From positions 27,291 through 91,290 of the forward strand of contig CAVSQW010000011.1 of the NCBI GenBank assembly GCA_963730185.1: DNA of 64,000 bases. The letters run 5' to 3'. The translations under genes were made by a program, and so were the position numbers. A model generated the notes under the pieces. That model searched no databases and was not told where the DNA came from. It saw only the letters and a program-made list of their open reading frames with translations. The stretch comes from an uncultured Gemmatimonadales bacterium. GTDB taxonomy: Bacteria > Gemmatimonadota > Gemmatimonadetes > Gemmatimonadales > GWC2-71-9. Positions 20,449 to 31,062 of this stretch are shown here, in pieces; within the stretch, counting starts at the first letter, position 1; the number at the start of each line of letters is the position of its first letter.

Positions 20449-20828
20449 CGCCCGAGAGCCCAACCGCCCGCGTCCTGGTCGACCTGATGGCCGATGCCCC
20501 CAGGGGCCCGAAGCGGGACGGCCTGTTCGCGGTGTGGCTGACGCTTCGGGTGGTGGAGGACCTGGCCGTGGAGCCCCCGCACGCCGACCGGGCCGTCAAA
20601 CGGCGAGTGAGCCTGCTGACGAGACGCCTCGGCAGCCTCACGCTGCCGGGCGGCCTGCGACGCGGTTTGAACGGGGTGCTCGCCGCCCTGCCGGAGGCGG
20701 GAGCGGGAGAGGCGCCCCACCTGCTCGCCCAGCTCGCGATCGCCACCCGCGACGGGTTGGGGGCCGAGATCGCCGAGACCGTGTCACGCGGCCCACGGGG
20801 CGCCGCGCCGGAGAAACGGGCGGACTAG
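20445..20828 (+). CDS. Hypothetical protein
   Basis: ATGA overlap with the waaF stop; helical sequence MTPESPTARVLVDLMADAP...; high-GC codon pattern. Confidence 0.6.
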   Translation: MTPESPTARVLVDLMADAPRGPKRDGLFAVWLTLRVVEDLAVEPPHADRAVKRRVSLLTRRLGSLTLPGGLRRGLNGVLAALPEAGAGEAPHLLAQLAIATRDGLGAEIAETVSRGPRGAAPEKRAD

Positions 20829-21117
20829 GGAACGGATGCGGGTCGTCCGGCCCCCGGGCCCGTGCCTCGTCCTGGCGGCCCTCCCGGCCGGGTCAGGATG
20901 CGCACCTCCGGCCCCGAGGCTGCGGCCGGACCTGGAGCTCGACGGCTGGTGCCACGCCTCGCTCCTCAACGAATCGATCGAAACGGTGTTCGAGGCCGAC
21001 AGGGCATCCCCGGCGGTCGGTCGGAGCCTGTTGACTGGTCCGGTGGAGCCGCTGGCCCCCCCCGCCTACCCTCCTCCCCGCCGACCCAATAGTTTCTCCG
21101 GCAGGGGAGGTGCCACC

Positions 21118-21867
21118 ATGGCCGGTCACAGCAAGTGGAAGCAGATCAAGCGGAAGAAAGCGGTGACCGACTCGCGGCGGTCGTCCGTCTGGGCCAAGTG
21201 TATCCGCGAGATCATGGTGGCCGCCAAGGCCGGGGGCGGTGACCCCGGCGGCAATCCCCGGCTCCGGACCGCGATCGACGCAGCCCGGGCCGTGAACATG
21301 CCCAACGACAACATCGAACGGGCCATCCAGAAGGGCACCGGCAACCTCGAAGGGGCGGCGTACGAGGAGATCACCTACGAAGGCTACGGCCCGGGGGGGG
21401 CCGCGATCTTCATCGAGGCCACGACCGACAACGCCAACCGCACGGTGGCCGAAGTCCGCCATGCCCTCAGCCGGGCCGGCGGCAACCTCGGCGCCACGAA
21501 CTCGGTGGCGTGGATGTTCGATCGCAAGGGCCAGATCTTTCTCGACGCCACCAAGTCCAAGGAAGACCAGACCCTCGAGGCCGCGCTCGAGGCGGGGGCC
21601 GAGGATTTCGTCCGCGAGGGCGATCAGTACCTGATCAGCACGGCGCCGACCGATTTCCACGCGGTCCAGGACGGCCTCACGGCCGCCGGGTACACGATCG
21701 AATCGGCCGAGCTGGCGATGGTGCCCAAGAACACGGTGAAGGTGGAGGGTGCCGAGGCCGAGAAGCTGATCAAATTGGTGGAGACCCTCGACGAGCTGGA
21801 CGACGTCTCCAAGGTCTTTTCGAACTTCGACATCGACGCGGACTCGCTGGCCGAGACCGAGGCCTGA
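21118..21867 (+). CDS. yebC: YebC/PmpR family protein
   Basis: MAGHSKWKQIKRKK, NPRLR, YEGYGPGG, ELDDVSKVFSN; GGGAGG RBS. Confidence 0.97.
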   Translation: MAGHSKWKQIKRKKAVTDSRRSSVWAKCIREIMVAAKAGGGDPGGNPRLRTAIDAARAVNMPNDNIERAIQKGTGNLEGAAYEEITYEGYGPGGAAIFIEATTDNANRTVAEVRHALSRAGGNLGATNSVAWMFDRKGQIFLDATKSKEDQTLEAALEAGAEDFVREGDQYLISTAPTDFHAVQDGLTAAGYTIESAELAMVPKNTVKVEGAEAEKLIKLVETLDELDDVSKVFSNFDIDADSLAETEA

Positions 21868-21878
21868 CCACTCCCCCT

Positions 21879-22382
21879 ATGAAGGTGCTGGGGATCGATC
21901 CGGGCACCGCCACGGTGGGATTCGGCGTGCTAGCGACCGAGCCAGGACGACCGCCCCGACTGATCGAGTGCGGAGTGATCAGGACCCAAGCGCGGGCACC
22001 CCTTCCCCTCCGCCTCCAGGCCATCCACGAGGGGCTGAACGAGCTGTTCCAGCGCCACCATCCCGACGTGCTGGCCGTGGAGGACATCTTCTACGCCACC
22101 AATGCCCGGACCACGGCCGTACTGGGACACGCCCGCGGCGTGATCCTGCTCTCCGGCGCCCTGGCCGGCATCCCGGTCGCGGAGTACCCACCCGCCCGGA
22201 TCAAGAAGGCCATCGTCGGGCGGGGGGCCGCCCTCAAGCCGCAGGTCGGCTACATGGTCGCCAAGCTGCTGGGGCTCTCGGCCCCGCCCCGTCCCGCCGA
22301 CGCCGCCGACGGCGTGGCCGTCGCCCTGACCCACGTGATGATCGGCGGCCCCGTTCGGATCCGGACCGGGAGCGTCCGGTGA
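21879..22382 (+). CDS. ruvC: Holliday junction resolvase RuvC
   Basis: MKVLGIDPG, AVEDIF, LGHARGV, IKKAIVGRG, DAADGVAVALTH. Confidence 0.96.
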   Translation: MKVLGIDPGTATVGFGVLATEPGRPPRLIECGVIRTQARAPLPLRLQAIHEGLNELFQRHHPDVLAVEDIFYATNARTTAVLGHARGVILLSGALAGIPVAEYPPARIKKAIVGRGAALKPQVGYMVAKLLGLSAPPRPADAADGVAVALTHVMIGGPVRIRTGSVR

Positions 22383-22981
22383 TCGCGACGGTTTCGGGAA
22401 CGCTGGCCCACCGGGACGGCGACACCGTGCTGATCCAGACCGACGGTGGCGTCGGCTACGCGGTGACGGTGACCCTCGGCACGCTCGAGCGGCTTCCGGC
22501 CGTGGGCCAGCGGTGCTCGCTCTACACCGAGCTGGTGGTCCGGGAAGACGCCTGGACCCTCTTCGGCTTCGACCGGGCCGGCGACCGTGCCATCTTTGAG
22601 CGGCTCCTCGGCGCGAGCGGCTTCGGCCCCAAGCTGGCCATGGCCCTCCTCAGCACCCTGGGGCCGGCCCGGGCGGTCCGCTCGATTCAGAACAAGGACA
22701 TCGCGGCTCTGGCCACGGTGCCGGGGATCGGGAAGAAGAAGGCCGAGCGACTCGCGGTGGAGCTCCAGGACCGGTTCGGCGACGTCAAGCCCGAAGCCGG
22801 GGTCGCCACCAAGGGAACTACCGGCGAGGAAGCGGCCCGGGCGCTGGTGACACTGGGCTATCAACCGGCCCAGGCCGACGAGGCGGTCCGATCGGCGCTG
22901 GCCGGCGGGCCGACCGACGACGTGGCGGCGCTCATTCGCCGGGCGCTGCAGCAGCTGACCACCCCACGAGGAGGACGCTGA
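22379..22981 (+). CDS. ruvA: Holliday junction branch migration protein RuvA
   Basis: GTG start; GGVGYAV, VVREDAWTLFGF, GFGPKLA, VPGIGKKKAERLAVEL, ALVTLGY. Confidence 0.96.
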   Translation: MIATVSGTLAHRDGDTVLIQTDGGVGYAVTVTLGTLERLPAVGQRCSLYTELVVREDAWTLFGFDRAGDRAIFERLLGASGFGPKLAMALLSTLGPARAVRSIQNKDIAALATVPGIGKKKAERLAVELQDRFGDVKPEAGVATKGTTGEEAARALVTLGYQPAQADEAVRSALAGGPTDDVAALIRRALQQLTTPRGGR

Positions 22982-23170
22982 ATGACCGCGCCGACCGCGT
23001 CGCCGCGCTCCGTAACAGCGGAGTGGCAGTGCACCAAGTGCAACAGCACCAACCGGAAGCTGGTCCCCGCCGGCACCCCGGCCGCGCACGACCGGTGCGT
23101 CACCTGTCACACCAAGCACGTCGTCTGGCCGGGTGAGCGCCCGGTCCGGTGGCACGCCAAGGCGGCGTGA
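22982..23170 (+). CDS. 62-aa putative zinc-ribbon microprotein
   Basis: GAGGAGG RBS; starts immediately after the ruvA stop and its stop overlaps the ruvB GTG; WQCTKC...CVTC pairs. Confidence 0.75.
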   Translation: MTAPTASPRSVTAEWQCTKCNSTNRKLVPAGTPAAHDRCVTCHTKHVVWPGERPVRWHAKAA

Positions 23171-24192
23171 GCCGGGTCGAGATCACCACGCCCGACCAGC
23201 TGCCCGACGAGGGCGGCTCCGACGCGGCGCTCCGTCCGTCGCGGCTGGACGAGTTCGTGGGACAGGACGCCGTCAAGGGATCGCTGCAGATCGCGATCGA
23301 CGCCGCCCGCGGCCGGGGCGAGCCGGTCGACCACATCCTGTTCTTCGGCCCGCCCGGACTCGGGAAGACCACCCTCGCGATGCTGATGGCCCGGGAGATG
23401 GGGGCCCAGATCCGGACCACCTCGGGCCCGGTGCTCGAGCGCCCCGGCGACCTGGTCGGCCTCCTGACCGGCCTGGCCCGGGGCGATATCCTCTTCATCG
23501 ACGAGATTCACCGGCTCCGGCCGGTGCTCGAAGAGTTCCTCTATCCCGCGATGGAGGACTACCGGGTCGACGTTCGGATTGCCGAAGGGCCGAACGCCCA
23601 GACCATCCCGATGGCCATCGAGCCGTTTACCCTGGTGGGCGCGACCACCCGGTTCGGTCAGCTCACCCCGCCGATGCGGGCCCGGTTCGGGATCGTGGAG
23701 CGGCTCAACTTCTACGACCCGGCCGAGCTGACCAAGATCGTCACCCGCTCGGCCGCGATCCTCGGGGTCGAGACCGCCCCGGACGGCGCCCTCGAGATCG
23801 CCCGGCGGAGCCGGGGCACTCCCCGGATCGCCAACCGACTGCTCCGCCGGGTCCGGGACTACGCCCAGGTCCGTGCCGACGGGGTGATCACGGCCCCGGT
23901 GGCCGCCGAAGCGCTGGCCCGGCTGAACGTCGACGAGTTCGGGCTCGACGACATGGATGCCCGGATCCTCACCACCATCATCGAGAAGTTCGGGGGCGGG
24001 CCGGTCGGGCTGGCTACCGTGGCAGCCGCGGTCGGCGAGGACAGCGGGACGCTCGAAGAGGTCTACGAGCCCTATCTCCTCCAACAGGGATTCCTGGAGC
24101 GCACTCCGCGCGGCCGGGTGGCCACCCCGAACGCTTACCGACGGTTCGGCTTCACCCCGCCGAGCGGCCAGGCCACCTTCTTCGACCGCTGA
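23167..24192 (+). CDS. ruvB: Holliday junction branch migration ATPase RuvB
   Basis: [52 protein letters not shown]. Confidence 0.98.
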   Translation: MSRVEITTPDQLPDEGGSDAALRPSRLDEFVGQDAVKGSLQIAIDAARGRGEPVDHILFFGPPGLGKTTLAMLMAREMGAQIRTTSGPVLERPGDLVGLLTGLARGDILFIDEIHRLRPVLEEFLYPAMEDYRVDVRIAEGPNAQTIPMAIEPFTLVGATTRFGQLTPPMRARFGIVERLNFYDPAELTKIVTRSAAILGVETAPDGALEIARRSRGTPRIANRLLRRVRDYAQVRADGVITAPVAAEALARLNVDEFGLDDMDARILTTIIEKFGGGPVGLATVAAAVGEDSGTLEEVYEPYLLQQGFLERTPRGRVATPNAYRRFGFTPPSGQATFFDR

Positions 24193-24256
24193 CCGGGCCG
24201 CGTCGGCCGGTGGCGGAGCGCCAGCCGCGGCCGTCCAGTGTGATGGTGGACGAAGG

Positions 24257-26043
24257 CTACCGTTGCATCATGGTGCCGATCCCGGACCGGATCGACTTCC
24301 AGGTCAATCCCCAGAAACTGTCTCCGCTGGCGATGACATAGCTGATCGGCACCGAGGGCCGATAGCCCTTTTCCCCGGCAGGTTCTCGCCCCGGAGCAGC
24401 ATCCTGTTGGCGACGAAGCCCTTGAGTTTCTGCATCAGGCTCTGGGTGCGAGTGCCCTTGTCGATCGGTTCCACGTGCAGACTGTCGTACCTCGCCTGCA
24501 ATCGCCCGGTGGAGCGCCCATTGGCGGTGTGGAACTCGAAGGTGACCTCGGTCGCCCGGCCACTGGAAAGCCGAATCCCATCCGCGGTCATGACGAACTG
24601 GTTGACCTCCGGCATCGGAAAGTCCCTCAATTCCCCCTGCACGCTCATCGCGAAACCCCGGGGCCGGATCGGGACGACCATCCGGGCCCTAATCCTTCCG
24701 GCACCCATCAATCGGGCCGAGGCGTCCAGGACCGTCGGCTCGGGCGCCACGCCGGACGAGTCGCCGTTGGAGACGCCCGTCACCAGCGCCGCGATGTCGG
24801 AAAACCAGATGACGGCAGGCGTGGAGCGGGCGGGATGGATCTCCCCGTAGCGCACCAGGCCCTTCTTCACCCGGATCGAATCGATCCGCACCTTCCAGTC
24901 GAGCCGGGCCAGCGACTGGGGCCACAGGGTTCGCGTCCGCGGCGGAGTGAGCCCTCCCCGCTGATCGGTCAGCACATCCAGCCGGAAGTCCCTGATCTCG
25001 ACCCGGCCGATCTCAACCTCCTGGCGCAGGACCGAGGCAGGAGAGATCCGCGAGGCCACGATGCCACCGGCGTTGATCCGGAGCCGACTCCGCCGGCCTG
25101 GGCTCCGCCTGAGCCAGTCGTCGTCGCTCAACAGCGGCTCGAAGGCCAGCGTGTCCACTTGAAGCACGTGTTCCCGGTTCGACCGGCGCAGCCCACCGAG
25201 GTATAGCACCGCCCCACTGTCGACTGGGGTGCTGCGCATCTGGCGCACGGTGACGACCGTATCCGCCTGGTCCACCCGCACCGCGACGTCGTCGAACCGG
25301 AGGGAGTCAGGCCGGCCGTGCGCCACGTGCAGCCAGGTGCCCGCCAGGATCGCGGCGGACTCGAACACCCGCCGTTTCAGGCTGTCGAGAGCGAGGCCGC
25401 GGATCTCGAGGGACAGGTCTCCGATCGAATCCGTGGCGGTCTTGCCGCTCCGAATGGTGCTGGAGAGGACCGTGGCGCGCTCGAAGCCGATGAGATCCAC
25501 CCGCGCGTCCCGGAAGTCGTCTGGCAGCCACGCCGCCACCAGGTTGTAGACCAGGGAAGCGAGCGGGGGCGCGTCGAATTGCAGGGAGTCGGCGTCGCCG
25601 ATCGCCACCAGCGCCGCTACCGATGCCACGGTGTCCGGCAGTTCGCGCACCTGGCTCACCACCGGGGCTTCCAGGTGCACCGTGCTGAGCCGGAGGTTGC
25701 GATGCCACAGGATGTCGCTCAGGTCCAGGCCCTCGAGCGTGACCTTGGGTGTAGCAGCGTCGAACCGGACGGCGCGAGAGGAGTCACGGTGGTCGTAGCG
25801 GATCCTGAGGTCGTGGATGACCAGCTGGCGGTGAAACAGGCGCAGGTCCAGGGCGGGGAACGTGATGGTGAGGCCCTCCGTCTCCGTCTCGCTGAGCAGG
25901 GCGAGGGTCCGGTCGCGCAGGTAATCGTTGATCGGCGTACGCAACGCCTCCTCCAGGCCGCGCAGGAACACGGCGGTCCCTGCCACCGCAATCACCGCGG
26001 CGACGACCACGGCAACGCGCCACCGGCGACGGGGAAGTTTCAT
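24257..26043 (-). CDS. AsmA-like/DUF748-type membrane-anchored beta-rich protein, probable frameshift near 24368
   Basis: N-terminal TM and beta-rich repeats. A shift at the GGGGAAAAGGG run gives the plausible C-terminus KGYRPSVPISYVIASGDSFWGLTWKSIRSGIGTMMQR*. Confidence 0.6.
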
Positions 26044-26648
26044 CTGGAGAGGTGCCAGGCCGCGAGGATGGCCGGGGCTCCCGCTGTCCGCCGCTCAGGC
26101 TGCGGGCCGCATGCGGCCTCCGCGTCGCGTCGCGGCCCCGCGCCGGGCTCACCGGCCGAGAGGTCCAGCAGAACGCGGTGCAGCGGACTGGTCAAGGTTC
26201 GGTCATGCCCGCACGGGGATAACGCTGTGGGCTTCACGCGACTGATCGACACGGTCACGCTGGGCTCGCCGCATCCGAGGCGTGCCTGGAACAGATCGAT
26301 CATCCGCTTGAACAACCGCACCCATCCGCCGCTTTCGTGGCTCGGTCCCGATAGGCCGGGGGACGAGGTTGGCTTCCCCGGAGATCCTTATCGTCCGTGA
26401 ATAGAAAGGAACACCCGACCGCGACCTTCCGACATTCGTCGTACGATGGGCTCTCAGGTCGCTCGGAAGAGCGATGGCGGCCGCAGCCGCCCGCCCCGCA
26501 CTCCGTCCTTCGAACGAGGGTGTCAGCCCTCCGATCGATGGTGACGCCGGCCCCGGCGGCCTATGGTTCGGAGGACGTCTACCCGCCGGGCTCCGATGCC
26601 CCGCGCGACGAGCGCGACGCCAGCGTGGCACCGACCTTGGAGGCACCA

Positions 26649-26774
26649 ATGCAACACTCGATGAACGGCGTCAACGGCTACATGGGGGGGTACGGCCTCT
26701 GGACGATCCTCGGTGTCCTGGCAGCTATGTTTATCATTGTCGCCATCGTCAAGATGGTGCAGAAGAAGGCCTAG
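26649..26774 (+). CDS. 41-aa single-TM membrane microprotein
   Basis: GGAGG RBS; MQHSMNGVNGYMGGYGLWTILGVLAAMFIIVAIVKMVQKKA (Met/Gly-rich head, TM, basic tail). Confidence 0.65.
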   Translation: MQHSMNGVNGYMGGYGLWTILGVLAAMFIIVAIVKMVQKKA

Positions 26775-26791
26775 TCCGAGCAACCCGACCG

Positions 26792-29473
26792 TCAGTCCGA
26801 CCGCAACGCCTCCAACGGGTCGACCGCGCTCGCCCGACGGGCGGGTCCGAAGCTCCCGAGCCAGGCCACGACCAGAAAGATCAGGGCGGCGCCGCCGAAG
26901 CTCAGGGCGTCCGTCGAGCCCACTCCGTAGAGCAAGGTTCTGAGCGTCCGACTGGCAAGAACCGCGAGGCCGGTCCCGAGCGCGATCCCGAGCAGCGCCA
27001 ATCGAAGGCCGGCCCACGCCATCGCGCGGCGGATCCGGGCGGGCCGCTCCCCCAGGGCGAGCCGCACTCCGATCTCGTGGGTTCGCTGCGCCACCAGGAA
27101 CGACGTCATCGCATAGATCCCGCCGCTGGCGAGGAGCAGGGCCACCAGCGCGAACGCGCCCAGCAGGAAGGCGCTGAACCGGGGTGAGCCCACCGCCGTC
27201 GCGACGACGTCCTCCAACGTCCTCGTGCCTTGCACGGCGAGCAACGGATCGAGCCCGGCGACTTCACGGCGGAGCGGTTCGACCAACCCGTTCGGGTCGC
27301 CGACCGCGCGGACCACCACCCGCATCGTGCTCCAGGCCAGCTGATCGACCGGCTGGTAGTAGGCCGGGGCCGGCGGGGTCGACAAGTTCCGCTGCCGAAT
27401 GTCCCCGACCACGCCCACGATCAGGCGCCCCGCCTCACCGTCCCCGGAATCGATGTGGATCTCCTGTCCGATCGGATCGCGGTCGGCGAAGAACTGGCGC
27501 GCCAGCGTCTCGTTGATGATCGCCACCGGCGGCGAGCCCTGCCGGTCCTCGGTGCCGAAGGCCCGTCCCCGGAGGATCGGGATCCCCATCGTCGCGAAGT
27601 AGCCGCGCGAGACCAGGCGGAAGTCACCATTCGGGCGCTCCGAACGCGGCGGGGCCTCGTTCCCCACCCAGAAGCCGAAGCTGATGCCATACCCTTCGAG
27701 CGGGACCTGCAGGGCCACCGCTGCCGCCACCACGCCGGGCATCCGATCGAGACGGTCGATCAGCTCCCCCAGGAACCGGCTTCGAGCGGCTTGATCCGGA
27801 TAGCGGGTCTTCGGCAACGACAGCGAGGTCACCAGACCGTGCTCGGCCCGGAAGCCGGGATCAACGGCCACCAGCTTGGCGAGACTTCGCACCAGAAGGC
27901 CCGCCCCGACGGTGAGCACGAGGGCCAGCGTTACCTGGGCCACGACCAGCCCCTGCTGGAGGCGGTAGCGACCCGGCGTCGCGTCGGCCCCGAGACCGTC
28001 GCCTCGGAGCGAGGTCGAGGCGGGGGTCCGGGTCAAGCGGAGCGCCGACACCAGGCCAAGCCCGGCGCCAAGCAGCAGGGAAAGTCCGGCGGCAAAGCCC
28101 ATCGCGGTCCAGTCGAGCCGTACCGCGTCGAGCTGAGGCAGGGCGGCGGGGGCCAGCGCCATCACCGCCCGCAGCACGGCCCACCCCAGCGCGATGCCGC
28201 CCGCGCCCGCGGCCGCTGCGATCACCACGCCTTCGGTGACCAGCAGCCGGGTCAGGCGCCACCGATCGGCGCCGATCGCCGCCCGGACTGCCAGCTCGCG
28301 GCCGTGGGCCGACGCCCGCGCCGTGAGCAAGTTCGCGACGTTGACCCAGGCCACGACCAGCAGCAGACCAACGGCCGCCAGGAACAGCCAGAGCCGCGGG
28401 CCGAGGTCACCGAGCATCGCGTCCTTGAGCGGCTCGAGTCGCGCACCCCATCCGCGCATCTGATCGGGATAGGCCTCGCCGAGCCGGCCCATGAGGACGT
28501 CCATCCGGGACCCGGCGGAGGCCAGGGTCGCCTCAGGCGACAGCCGGCCGATGACGGACAGAAAGTGCGCCCCCCGACTGGTGCTCACGTCGAAGTGAAA
28601 GGACAGCGGCAGCCAGAGCGTCGTTTCGGCGCTCGGGAACCCGAAGTCCCGGGGCATCACCCCGACGATCGTGTAGGCCTCACCGTCGAGCGGGAGGGTC
28701 TGACCGACCACCCCCGAATCGCCGCCCAGCCGCTGGGTCCAGAAGGCATGACTCAGCACGACCACCCGGTCCCGGCCAGGCGTCTCGTCGTCTCGGCGAA
28801 AGCCGCGTCCCATCGCGGGCTTCACGCCCAACGTCGCGAGCCACCCGGCCGAGACCTGGGCCACCGGGATCGACTCCGCCGGGTCGGCCCCGGACCACGT
28901 CGCCCGGTCCTGCTGAAAAGCCGCCACTCCCGAGAACGCGTCGCGAAGCTGCTCCCGCCAATCGAGAAAGGTGGCCGGCGACGAGGGCCACAGGCCGGGG
29001 TGGTGCTCCGGGTCGGTGTCGTAGATCCGCACCAGGCGGCCCGGCTCCGGGAAGGGAAGCGACCGCAGGGCCACCTGATTCACCAAGCTGAACATCGCGC
29101 TGCTCGCCCCGATCCCGATGGCCAGGATGGCCACGGCAACCAGGGTGAACCCGGGGCGCCGGCGGAGCAGTCGGAGCCCGTAGCGAAGATCCATCAGCAG
29201 CTCGTCCATGGTAATCCTCTTCCCGGAGACCGACGACCCCTTCGCCGTAGACCGGCGGAAACGCTCGGCGAGGCCACTCACGATGACGTTGGCCACGACC
29301 CCGGCCAGATGACGCCGAGCGGCCGCCCGGCCCCGCTCCCGGGCGATCGTCGCGTAACGCTCGGAGGCGATGCCCAGCATCTCGCTCCCGTACCGCCGCC
29401 GGAACTCGCGCGGGAAGGCCCGGACCGCAGCCCGCACCACCGCCGGGACGCGGCTCCGAGGATCCGCCCTCAC
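26792..29473 (-). CDS. ADOP-type duplicated ABC permease (MacB/FtsX-like, no ATPase)
   Basis: [74 protein letters not shown]. Confidence 0.9.
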   Translation of the reverse strand: MRADPRSRVPAVVRAAVRAFPREFRRRYGSEMLGIASERYATIARERGRAAARRHLAGVVANVIVSGLAERFRRSTAKGSSVSGKRITMDELLMDLRYGLRLLRRRPGFTLVAVAILAIGIGASSAMFSLVNQVALRSLPFPEPGRLVRIYDTDPEHHPGLWPSSPATFLDWREQLRDAFSGVAAFQQDRATWSGADPAESIPVAQVSAGWLATLGVKPAMGRGFRRDDETPGRDRVVVLSHAFWTQRLGGDSGVVGQTLPLDGEAYTIVGVMPRDFGFPSAETTLWLPLSFHFDVSTSRGAHFLSVIGRLSPEATLASAGSRMDVLMGRLGEAYPDQMRGWGARLEPLKDAMLGDLGPRLWLFLAAVGLLLVVAWVNVANLLTARASAHGRELAVRAAIGADRWRLTRLLVTEGVVIAAAAGAGGIALGWAVLRAVMALAPAALPQLDAVRLDWTAMGFAAGLSLLLGAGLGLVSALRLTRTPASTSLRGDGLGADATPGRYRLQQGLVVAQVTLALVLTVGAGLLVRSLAKLVAVDPGFRAEHGLVTSLSLPKTRYPDQAARSRFLGELIDRLDRMPGVVAAAVALQVPLEGYGISFGFWVGNEAPPRSERPNGDFRLVSRGYFATMGIPILRGRAFGTEDRQGSPPVAIINETLARQFFADRDPIGQEIHIDSGDGEAGRLIVGVVGDIRQRNLSTPPAPAYYQPVDQLAWSTMRVVVRAVGDPNGLVEPLRREVAGLDPLLAVQGTRTLEDVVATAVGSPRFSAFLLGAFALVALLLASGGIYAMTSFLVAQRTHEIGVRLALGERPARIRRAMAWAGLRLALLGIALGTGLAVLASRTLRTLLYGVGSTDALSFGGAALIFLVVAWLGSFGPARRASAVDPLEALRSD

Positions 29474-29823
29474 CGCGGCGTCTCCGTCCCCAGCAGCCGC
29501 CGCGATCGCGCCTGGCGGACCACGGCCGCCAGGCGCCGGGCCTCCGCCCGGGCGACCTCGCGGCCCAGCGCCGTGATCCGGTAGTTCCTCCGCCGGGACT
29601 CGTCCCCGATCGTCGCCGACCCCGAGTCCGCGATCAGGCCCTGCTCGGTCAGCCGGCCGATCAGCCGGTAGAGCGACCCGACCTCGAGGACCACCGCCCC
29701 GCCGGAGTCGGCCTCGACCCGCTGCATGATCCCATACCCGTGGAGGTCGCCTTCGAGCAGCACCATGAGGATCTGGAAATCGGCCGGCTTGAGCGGGAGG
29801 AACCGATCGGCGGAGGGTGGCAT
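29470..29823 (-). CDS. PadR-family transcriptional regulator
   Basis: FQILMVL...HGYGIMQRV...[10 protein letters not shown]...[10 protein letters not shown]; stop overlaps the permease start. Confidence 0.92.
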   Translation of the reverse strand: MPPSADRFLPLKPADFQILMVLLEGDLHGYGIMQRVEADSGGAVVLEVGSLYRLIGRLTEQGLIADSGSATIGDESRRRNYRITALGREVARAEARRLAAVVRQARSRRLLGTETPR

Positions 29824-29841
29824 GAAGACCGTCTCTGCGAA

Positions 29842-29860
29842 TAGAAGTATTTTACTTATA
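29842..29860. promoter_or_regulatory. Putative PadR autoregulatory operator
   Basis: AT-rich imperfect palindrome TAGAAGTA-TTT-TACTTATA about 20 bp upstream of the padR ATG. Confidence 0.55.
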
Positions 29861-30014
29861 CCAACCGATCGGTCCCCTCGCAAGGGGCAGCCGGGACGCC
29901 AGTGAGACACCCGGCCCGCCGCGATCGTTGGCCGGGTCCCGGAGCGAGCGCGCGGTCTTGCCCCCGGGGACGGGCTCCCGGTTTCTTCCGGGCGATGACC
30001 GGTACCCGTCTCGC

Positions 30015-31062
30015 GTGAGCGACCCACCGTCCCCCGCCCTTCGCACGGCGGACTTCGACTACGCCCTGCCGCCGGAGCTCATCGCCCAGACGCCGAGCCC
30101 GATCCGGGGCGAGAGCCGCCTGCTGGTGGTCCGCCGGGAGGGCGCCCCGGCGCTGGAGGACCGTCGCTTCGGCGAGCTGGCCGACCTGATTCCATCAGGG
30201 GACCTGCGTGATCCTGAACCGGACCCGCGTCCGCCACGCTCGGCTGCTCGGCACCCGGCCGTCGGGCGCGCCGGCCGAGGTCCTGCTGCTCCACCCGGCA
30301 ACCGACGGGACCTGGGTCGCGATGGGCAAGCCCGGGAGCGCCCTCCGTCCCGGCCGGCGGATCAGGTTGGGTGCGAACGTCGAGGTGGAGACGCTCGAGG
30401 TGCTCGACGGCCCCAACCGCCGGGTCCGGTTCGTCGGGGCCACGGCGGAGGAGGCCATGGCGCGCTTCGGCCGACTCCCGCTCCCACCCTACATCGACCA
30501 CGATCCCACGGCGGTCGACGAAGACCGCTACCAGACCGTCTTCGCCGATCGGGAGTCGAGCGTGGCGGCGCCGACGGCGGGGCTCCACTTCACCGAGGCG
30601 CTTCTCACCGGCCTCGAGACCCGCGGCGTGGAGCTGGCCCGGCTGGAGCTCGAGGTCGGGCCGGGCACCTTTCGCCCGGTGGAGACCGACGACCCTCGCC
30701 ACCATCCGATGCATCGCGAGGGGTACGAGATCCCGCCCGAGCTGCCGGACGCGATCGCGCGGACCCGCGAGCGGGGCGGCCGGATCTGGGCGATCGGCAC
30801 GACGGTGGTGCGGGCCCTCGAGGCCGCGGCCGAGTCCGGCGAGGTCCGGGCGGGCCGGGCCGAAACGTCGCTCCTGATCCTCCCGGGATCCCGCTTTCGG
30901 GTCGTGGACCGGCTGGTCACCAACTTCCACCTGCCCCGGTCCACGCTCCTGATGCTGGTGAGCGCCCTGGGCGGCACCGAGCGGATCCGGGCCGCCTACC
31001 GCCACGCCGTCGAGGCGCGGTACCGGTTCTACAGCTACGGCGACGCGATGGCGATCCTCTAG
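30015..31062 (+). pseudogene. queA: SAM:tRNA ribosyltransferase-isomerase QueA, frameshifted near 30207
   Basis: DFDYALPPELIAQ..SRLL in one frame; ILNRTRV, PLPPYI, YQTVF, VAAPTAGLHFT, TNFHLPRSTLLMLV, YRFYSYGDAM in another. One extra base in GACCTG-C-GTGATC. Confidence 0.92.

Noticed and set aside
20836..21117. N-terminal extension of YebC or a separate small lipoprotein
   Set aside because: YebC starts at the canonical MAGHSKW with its own RBS; the upstream frame may be a decayed gene but has no recognisable motif.
23095..23110. c-type cytochrome from the CVTCH motif
   Set aside because: No export signal, and the second CxxC pair favours a zinc ribbon.
26040..26640. Short ORFs 26040..26321(-) and 26397..26648(+)
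   Set aside because: No motifs, RBS or convincing codon bias; treated as intergenic.
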